Shown here piece after piece: positions 58,895 through 64,000 of a stretch of DNA of 64,000 bases; the first letter of the stretch is position 1, and every line of letters starts with the position of its first letter. The notes beneath the pieces were generated by a model. It was not told where the DNA came from and searched no databases. It was given only the letters and a program-made list of their open reading frames with translations. Made by a program: the position numbers and the translations under genes. Source of the DNA: Candidatus Methylomirabilota bacterium (GTDB lineage Bacteria; Methylomirabilota; Methylomirabilia; Rokubacteriales; CSP1-6); contig DATEDO010000238.1 in the NCBI GenBank assembly GCA_035281625.1, positions 35-64,034 on the forward strand, in the 5' to 3' direction.

Positions 58895-60289
58895 ATGTCA
58901 CTCGCCGCCATGCTGCCCGCTTCCGTGTCCGTGGTCGAACCCCAGACGCGTGACGTCATCGTCATGCCCACGCACCCCCGGGTCGCCGAGCTGGAGCGGC
59001 TGGGCGACGAGATCGCCGCGCTCGCGGCCCACCTCGACGCCGCCACCGCCCGGCTCCTGGACCTCATCCGCGAGTTCGACGCGCGCGCGGGCTGGAACAC
59101 CGGCTTCCGCTCCTGCGCGGAGTGGCTGGCGTGGCGCGTGGGCATGAACCTGGGCGCCGCTCGTGAGCGCGTGCGGGTGGCGCGCGCCCTGGCGGGGCTG
59201 CCGCGCCTGGCCGCGGCGCTGGCGCGCGGCGAGCTCTCCTATGCCAAGGTGCGCGCGCTCACCCGGGTGGCCACCCCGGAGACGGAGGAGCGTCTGCTCG
59301 CCCTCGGCCGCGCGGGCACCGCCTCCCACGTGGAGCGCATCGTGCGCGGCTGGCGCCGGGTGGACCGGCAGGCGGAGGCGAAGGAGGCCAGGCTCCGGCA
59401 CCAGAACCGCGCCCTGCACGTCTTCCACGACGACGACGGCACGGTGGTGCTCCGCGGCCGCCTCGAGCCCGAGGTGGGCGCCTTGCTGGTCAAGGCCCTG
59501 GACGCCGCGCGCGAGGCCCTGTACCAGGGCGGCTTCACCCAATCGTTCACGGGGCCGCGCGATCCCCTCGGCGACCCGCCCACGCCGGCGCAGCAGCGCG
59601 CCGACGCTCTGGCGCTCCTCGCCGCCACCGCCCTCCAGCACGGGGTCGAGCCCACCGCCGCCGCCGACCGCTATCAAGTGGTGGTGCACGTGGACGCCCC
59701 GGTGCTGGCCGACCCCGACCGGCCCGGCCAGTCGGTGCTGGAGGACGGCACTCACGTTTCCGCGGAAACGTCGGCGCGCCTGGCCTGTGACGCCAGCCGC
59801 ACGGTGATGCACCACGACGATGCCGGGCGCATCGTGGAGGTCGCGGCCCGCAATCGCACCATTCCGCCCGCCCTACGGCGGGCGTTACAGGCCCGGGACC
59901 AGGGCTGCCGCTTCCCCGGGTGCGGCAGCCGCTACACCGAGGGCCATCACATCCGGCACTGGGCCCGCGGAGGGCCCACCACGCTGTCCAATCTGGCGCT
60001 GCTCTGCCGCCGCCACCACCGGGCCGTGCACGAAGAGGGCTTCCAGATCGCCCGCGGGTCGGACGACACCCTGCACTTTCATCGCCCGGACGGCGCGCGA
60101 GTGCCCGAGGCCCCCGTGCCGCCCGCGCTCGCCGCGGATCCCGTGGCGGCGCTGCGCACGCGGCACGCCGAGGCGGGCCTTTCCATCACCGCGCGCACCG
60201 GGCTCCCCCACTGGCTGGGCAAGCGGCTCGACCTCGGCTGGGCGCTCGACCTTCTGCGGTCGCAAGCGGAGCCGCGACCGCCGGCCTGA
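58895..60289 (+). CDS. DUF222 domain HNH endonuclease ('13E12 repeat'-type)
   Basis: 464 aa from the ATG conserved with copy A, with AGGAGGA upstream. N-terminal DUF222-like region and C-terminal HNH motif GHHIRHWARGGPTTLSNLALLCRRHHRAVH. Confidence 0.85.
   Translation: MSLAAMLPASVSVVEPQTRDVIVMPTHPRVAELERLGDEIAALAAHLDAATARLLDLIREFDARAGWNTGFRSCAEWLAWRVGMNLGAARERVRVARALAGLPRLAAALARGELSYAKVRALTRVATPETEERLLALGRAGTASHVERIVRGWRRVDRQAEAKEARLRHQNRALHVFHDDDGTVVLRGRLEPEVGALLVKALDAAREALYQGGFTQSFTGPRDPLGDPPTPAQQRADALALLAATALQHGVEPTAAADRYQVVVHVDAPVLADPDRPGQSVLEDGTHVSAETSARLACDASRTVMHHDDAGRIVEVAARNRTIPPALRRALQARDQGCRFPGCGSRYTEGHHIRHWARGGPTTLSNLALLCRRHHRAVHEEGFQIARGSDDTLHFHRPDGARVPEAPVPPALAADPVAALRTRHAEAGLSITARTGLPHWLGKRLDLGWALDLLRSQAEPRPPA
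59754..59771. repeat. 18-bp perfect palindrome ACGTTTCCGCGGAAACGT inside the HNH endonuclease CDS
   Basis: Read directly. Encodes ..HVSAETS.. in the gene frame. Confidence 0.85.
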
Positions 60290-60307
60290 CCCGCCTTGGC
60301 GCGAGCG

Positions 60308-60321
60308 GTTTCCGCGGAAAC
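60308..60321. repeat. 14-bp perfect palindrome GTTTCCGCGGAAAC, 19 nt after the HNH gene stop
   Basis: Read directly. Occupies the position equivalent to the copy at 53466-53493. Confidence 0.85.
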
Positions 60322-60338
60322 GTGCCCGGGCCGGGCGC

Positions 60339-60621
60339 TAGGCTGCACCCCTAGCGTGAGACCTACACCCACGCCGGCGAGGAAGACGCCCGCGATCGCG
60401 CTTGGTGGAGCTCCAGCGCAAGGTGGGGCAGCAGGCGCTGGAGCTCGATTTCTTCAAAACGGCCTTGCGGCACGTCGAGGCACCACCCCGGCCGAGCGCG
60501 CCAGCCGATTTTGAGGCAACGCTGGCGCCGGTCGGCAGGACGACGCTAAACGAGCTTGTCGTGAACCGTGCTCGGCAAGATTTTCCTTATTTTCGCTGTC
60601 TCACTTTAGGGGTGCACCTCA
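60339..60621 (+). mobile_element. internally deleted IS3-family element relic (~283 bp, MITE-like) with terminal inverted repeats and an OrfA C-terminal fragment
   Basis: Left end TAGGCTGCACCCCTAGCGTGAGAC versus the reverse complement of the right end TGAGGTGCACCCCTAAAGTGAGAC (about 20/23 matches). The internal frame VELQRKVGQQALELDFFKTALRHV resembles the leucine-zipper end of IS3-family OrfA. There is no intact transposase. Confidence 0.45.
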
Positions 60622-60633
60622 AGGGCAAGGAGC

Positions 60634-60655
60634 CGACGTTTCCGCGGAAACGTCG
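60634..60655. repeat. 22-bp perfect palindrome CGACGTTTCCGCGGAAACGTCG
   Basis: Read directly. This is the longest member of the palindrome family. It lies 12 nt beyond the IS relic and 41 nt from the hydrolase stop. Confidence 0.85.
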
Positions 60656-60696
60656 AACCGACTCAGCGAGTCGCCGGCGACCCGGCCGCCCGAGCC

Positions 60697-61885
60697 TCAG
60701 AGCGCCGCATACACCAGATCGATCAGCTCCCGCACGTGCCGGTGCTGCCAGCCCGGGCGGCCCTGGTTCATGGCGTAGCCGATGGCCACGCGCGCGTCGG
60801 GATCGGCGAAGCCCAGCGACCCGCCCGCGCCGAAGTGCCCGAAGGCGCGCGGCCCTGGGCCCAGCTTCCGCTCCGGCATGGTGAGCTGAAAGCCGAGCCC
60901 GTAGCGCGTGGGCCGCTCCAGCACCAGATCCGGCCCGTTCACCTGCTCGGCGATGGCGCGCGCCACCGTCTCCGGCGCCAGCACGTGCACGCCGTCGAGC
61001 GTGCCGTCCGTCGCCAGCGCCGAGTAGAGGCGCGCGACCGCCCGCGCCGTGCCGTGCCCGTTGGTCGACGGCACCTCCGCCGCCCGCCACGCGCGAGTGT
61101 TCACGATCTCCATGCCGGAGAGCGGCGGCGGGTTGCGATAGGCGTGCATCCGCATGAGCGCCAGCCCCTCGAGCGCGCCGCCATCCCCGTGCAGCCGCGC
61201 CTCGAAGGCATCCCGCTCGGGGCTGGGCAGCGGCGGGAGGTAGTCGGCGCAGCGCGCGTCATGCTCGGGCCCGAGCCCCCAGTGCCAGTCGATGCCCGCG
61301 GGCCCGCCCAGCTCGGTGCGGAAGTAGACGCCGATGGACCGGCCGGTGACGCGGCGGATCACCTCGCCGATCAGGAAGCCCTGCGTGTTGACGTGATAGC
61401 CGTGGCCCGTGCCTGGCTCCCACCAGGGCGCCTGCGCGGCGAGGGCCTCCGTCATCAGCGTCCAGTCGCCCCAGGCCTCGGGCGGCAGCACCCGGGCGAC
61501 GGCCGGGAGCCCCACCTGGTGGGTCAGGAGGTAGCGCACGGGGACGCGCGCCTTCCCCCGACTGCGCGAACTCGGGCCAGTAGCGCGCGACGGGGGCGTC
61601 CAGGTCGACCCGCCCGGCCTCGACCAGGCGGAGGAGGCACACCGCGCTGATCGCCTTGCCCACGGAGAAGAGGTTGACGAGGGTGTCGCTCTGCCAGGGC
61701 CGGGTGCGGGCGGCATCGGCGTGGCCGGCCCACAGATCCACCACCGGCTCCTTGTTGACGTAGACGGCGAGGGCGGCGCCCACCTCGGTGCCCGCCGCCG
61801 TGATGTCGGCGAGCGCCTGGCGCAGGGGCTCGAACTTCGGCGTGCAGACGCCGGCGACTACCGCTTCGGGGTGCCCGTCGATCAC
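60697..61885 (-). pseudogene. serine hydrolase (class C beta-lactamase/esterase family), split by a +1 frameshift in a C5/G5 run at 61555-61559
   Basis: The N-terminal ORF (61885 down) carries SxxK (FSVGK) and YWPEFAQSG. The C-terminal ORF continues GKARVPVRYLLTHQVGLP... in another frame. Removing one G restores QSGKARVPVRYLLTH. Confidence 0.75.
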
Positions 61886-61912
61886 GCGACGACCTTCACC
61901 GGCGGCTACGGC

Positions 61913-62185
61913 TCACAGACGCTCACAGATGATCTCGCGCGGATTTTTTACATCGCACAGGCAGGCAGTCGTACACCCCTTCCCGTTCCAGTACGAGCCG
62001 CCAGGACAGGTCAGCCCGCTCGGCGGAGCGACGCCGCGCTCCGCCAGGTACCGGGCTCGCTCCTCCGAGTCCCAGTCGCACTGCACGGTAACGACTTGGT
62101 CCTGTTGAGGCTGACCTTGGGCCTTGACCGAAGCTGGAGTGCAGAGCACGGGCCACAGCAACGGCAACAGGAGGAAGGTGTTCAT
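61913..62185 (-). CDS. small secreted cysteine-rich protein (hypothetical)
   Basis: 90 aa from the internal ATG, with AAGGAGAAG upstream. Signal peptide MNTFLLLPLLWPVLCTPASVKA. The mature part has 6 Cys (C..C..CxxxCxC..C). Lies in a lower-GC stretch. Confidence 0.55.
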   Translation of the reverse strand: MNTFLLLPLLWPVLCTPASVKAQGQPQQDQVVTVQCDWDSEERARYLAERGVAPPSGLTCPGGSYWNGKGCTTACLCDVKNPREIICERL

Positions 62186-62705
62186 TGGCTTCTCCTTCCC
62201 TTCGCGCGAGGGCGGCGCCCACCTGAACTTCGACACAATGCGCCGTTCAGGCAACGTCACGAATGGCATCCTAGCGCCGCCGCTCGGAATTCAGGAGCGC
62301 CGAGCATAGGGAAAACCCCGATTGTGGCCCTGGTGGAGCATGTCGCACTCTCCAAGCATTACAGAAACAGAAAGGGGGCCGGGAAGCTGTGGGCATAGAC
62401 ACGACGGCCGTCCGAGGCATTACCGCAGGTATTCTCGCGGGAGCCGCAATGTGGGGCGGAATACTGTTCCTCGTTTGGCTCGCGTGGAGGTTGATGGTGC
62501 GGTTCGCGTAGAGCTGACAGCGCGCGCGCCTGAAGCTATGACGTGGTGATCGCGCGCTCCGAGAGGGGCTTGTCCCTACATCGGTAGCCGATGATGGGGC
62601 CGACCGCCGACATGACGACAACCGGCATGCTTACTGGCATGTCGTTACGTCAGTGCTTCTTCTAGCCTGCCGGTCGGAGCCATTAGAACGGCGCGCCGGC
62701 TCGGA

Positions 62706-63815
62706 CTAGTCCAACCAGTCCTCGTCCTTCAGCTTCTTTGGCAGGTACGTTTTCGTCAGGTACCTGAAGTCTTTGTTCGCCAGCGCGTCCAGCTCGTACT
62801 TCAGCCCGCTGCCGAGCATGCGCTTGATCTCTTCCTGCCAGGGCTTCTTCTCGAACCAGCGGTACTTCAGGAGCTCCTTGGCGCGGCTGATGTCCTTGTC
62901 GTTGAGTTTGATGCCTACGTTGCGGGGGAGGCCGTAGGCGTCGGGGTCGGCGCTGGAGAGGCCGATGAACTTGGCCTTGGGGATGGCCATGCGCTCGCTC
63001 TCGAAGGCGAGGTTGATGGAGCCCTGCTTCACCACCGAATAGATGTAGTAGCCCCAGGGGTCGTTGTCGACCAGCACATAGACGGGGAGCTTGTACTCCT
63101 CGTGGAGGCGGCGGGCCAGGCGGCGGACGCCGCGCGGGGGCTGGCCGTTGCCGGTGAGGAGCACGCAGTTGTAGCGGCGCCAGAACTTGTCCTCGGAGAG
63201 GCGGTTCCACTGGGTGCCCTTCTCGACGAGGAGGACGAAGTCCGCGGTGCAGCGGCGGATCTCGAGGTACTCGGGCTCCACGATGGACGGCACGGAGTAG
63301 CCGCCCTTGCCCAGGCGCGCGCAGTCCACGCGGTCGCCGTCGTCGCCGAACACGACGGGGCCCACGATGCTGCCGGCGTTCTCCGCGCGCACGTGGAGCT
63401 CCTCGCGGAGGGCGGCGAGCGTCACCTCCAGATCCTCGATGAGGGGATCAGACTCGTTCTGGCCGTCGAAGGTGTTCTCGTGCGAGCCCTTCATGGTGTG
63501 CTTGGTGCGGTAGTAGATCTCGCGGAGCGAGGTGGTGAGGTTCTGCCGCTGGAGCTCGCTGAGCGCGTCCGCCACCAGCACGGTCTGCATGAACTTCTTC
63601 GCCATGCCGACGTTGAAGAAGGTGCGCGCCTGCTTGCGCTTGCCGAGCTGGATGAGGCCGCGCTTGGCGTCGAAGTTGACGTTGGCGAGGCTCCGCACGG
63701 GGATGGCGAGCGTCGGGTCCTTGCTCTTCTCCGCGGCGGTGATGACCGTGTCCGCCACGCTGATGAGCTTCTTTTCGACCGGGCCCGTCTTCTTCGCCGC
63801 CGCCGCTTTGGCCAT
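62706..63815 (-). CDS. top6A: DNA topoisomerase VI subunit A (Spo11/Top6A family)
   Basis: 369 aa. 5Y-CAP catalytic Tyr context SLREIYYRTKH. Toprim Glu in LLVEKGTQW, GNGQPPRGVRRLARRL, and the DxD motif VLVDNDPWGYYIY. Confidence 0.85.
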   Translation of the reverse strand: MAKAAAAKKTGPVEKKLISVADTVITAAEKSKDPTLAIPVRSLANVNFDAKRGLIQLGKRKQARTFFNVGMAKKFMQTVLVADALSELQRQNLTTSLREIYYRTKHTMKGSHENTFDGQNESDPLIEDLEVTLAALREELHVRAENAGSIVGPVVFGDDGDRVDCARLGKGGYSVPSIVEPEYLEIRRCTADFVLLVEKGTQWNRLSEDKFWRRYNCVLLTGNGQPPRGVRRLARRLHEEYKLPVYVLVDNDPWGYYIYSVVKQGSINLAFESERMAIPKAKFIGLSSADPDAYGLPRNVGIKLNDKDISRAKELLKYRWFEKKPWQEEIKRMLGSGLKYELDALANKDFRYLTKTYLPKKLKDEDWLD

Positions 63816-63817
63816 GG

Positions 63818-64000
63818 CTATCTCTTCTTCTTGCCCTTCGCGGGCTTTGCCTTCTTCTTGCCGGTCCTGGCCGTGCTGGTCACGGGCTTGGCTTTGGCCT
63901 TGGCGCTCTTGGCATTGGCCGCCTTGCCGGCCTTGGCCTTCCCGCGCGCCGGCTTCTCGGTCTCCGCCGCCTCAGCCAGAGCGGCGTCCCCCGCGGCCGC
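63818..64000 (-). CDS. 3' end of an upstream gene with a Lys/Ala-rich basic tail (possibly topoisomerase VI subunit B; partial, continues beyond the window)
   Basis: The frame is open from the window edge to a TAG stop at 63818-63820, only 2 nt before the top6A ATG. Translation ends ...KAKAGKAANAKSAKAKAKPVTSTARTGKKKAKPAKGKKKR. Identity is inferred from position only. Confidence 0.4.
   Translation of the reverse strand, partial: AAAGDAALAEAAETEKPARGKAKAGKAANAKSAKAKAKPVTSTARTGKKKAKPAKGKKKR

Larger units (their letters stand above)
58673..60321 (+). repeat. direct repeat copy B of the DUF222-HNH unit (full length)
   Basis: Same leader strings, CDS ends and trailing palindrome as copy A (52841..53493), in the same orientation. 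Confidence 0.65.

Noticed and set aside
52198-60700. Calling the patch a prophage, ICE or classical genomic island
   Set aside because: There is no integrase, recombinase, tRNA, phage structural gene or conjugation gene. The only mobility-related items are an HNH unit, its relic and a dead IS.
60402-60884. 160-aa ORF as a transposase gene
   Set aside because: Only the first ~26 residues resemble an IS3 OrfA C-terminus. The rest runs across the IS end, a palindrome, and antisense into the hydrolase gene.
62271-62621. 116-aa minus-strand ORF, plus ORFs 62124..62309 and 62322..62549 in the low-GC spacer
   Set aside because: Their translations are Arg/Ser/Pro-rich without start-site signals or motifs, and they overlap each other. 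They are treated as non-coding pending expression data.

Overview
Very GC-rich bacterial chromosomal window (about two-thirds to 70% G+C by eye, not computed). It is densely coding, with about 65 protein genes, many translationally coupled through ATGA or GTGA start/stop overlaps and preceded by GGAGG-type Shine-Dalgarno sites. I found no rRNA, tRNA or CRISPR array. Family calls rest on motifs I recognise in the translations; no database search was possible.

Layout:
(1) 1-52 kb is a catabolic and transport landscape typical of soil bacteria. The lineage cannot be assigned from this window; the mix of amidohydrolases, LLM oxidoreductases and orphan binding proteins resembles Rokubacteria- or actinobacteria-like genomes. 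It holds five amidohydrolases plus a phosphotriesterase-like protein, two luciferase-like (LLM) oxidoreductases, a Baeyer-Villiger monooxygenase, a ThDP enzyme, TauD and dienelactone hydrolase. It also holds an SCPx-thiolase/DUF35 pair, leuCD, one complete TRAP transporter and five further solute-binding proteins (six in all) with no membrane partners.
(2) 42.6-47.2 kb is a translationally coupled operon of two unrelated binding proteins and a Cache-HAMP-GAF histidine kinase, with no response regulator in the window.
(3) 52.2-62.7 kb is an accessory patch. It starts with a Uma2 nuclease. A full-length DUF222/HNH endonuclease gene and an internally deleted copy lie in direct orientation and bracket about 5.2 kb of cargo. 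The cargo is two paralogous secreted low-complexity proteins, an atypical peroxiredoxin-like protein and a zinc-ribbon/adenylyl-cyclase/STAND-ATPase/TPR giant. The patch also contains a recurring GTTTCCGCGGAAAC palindrome, a roughly 280-bp deleted IS3-family relic, a frameshifted serine hydrolase and a lower-GC stretch with a small Cys-rich secreted protein.
(4) 62.7-64 kb encodes a bacterial topoisomerase VI subunit A (Spo11-like). It is coupled to an upstream gene ending in a Lys/Ala-rich tail.

No single feature can be declared a new system from sequence alone. The repeat-bracketed cyclase-STAND cargo, the palindrome family, the binding-protein/kinase operon, the out-of-context YqeC operon and the bacterial Topo VI locus deserve follow-up most.
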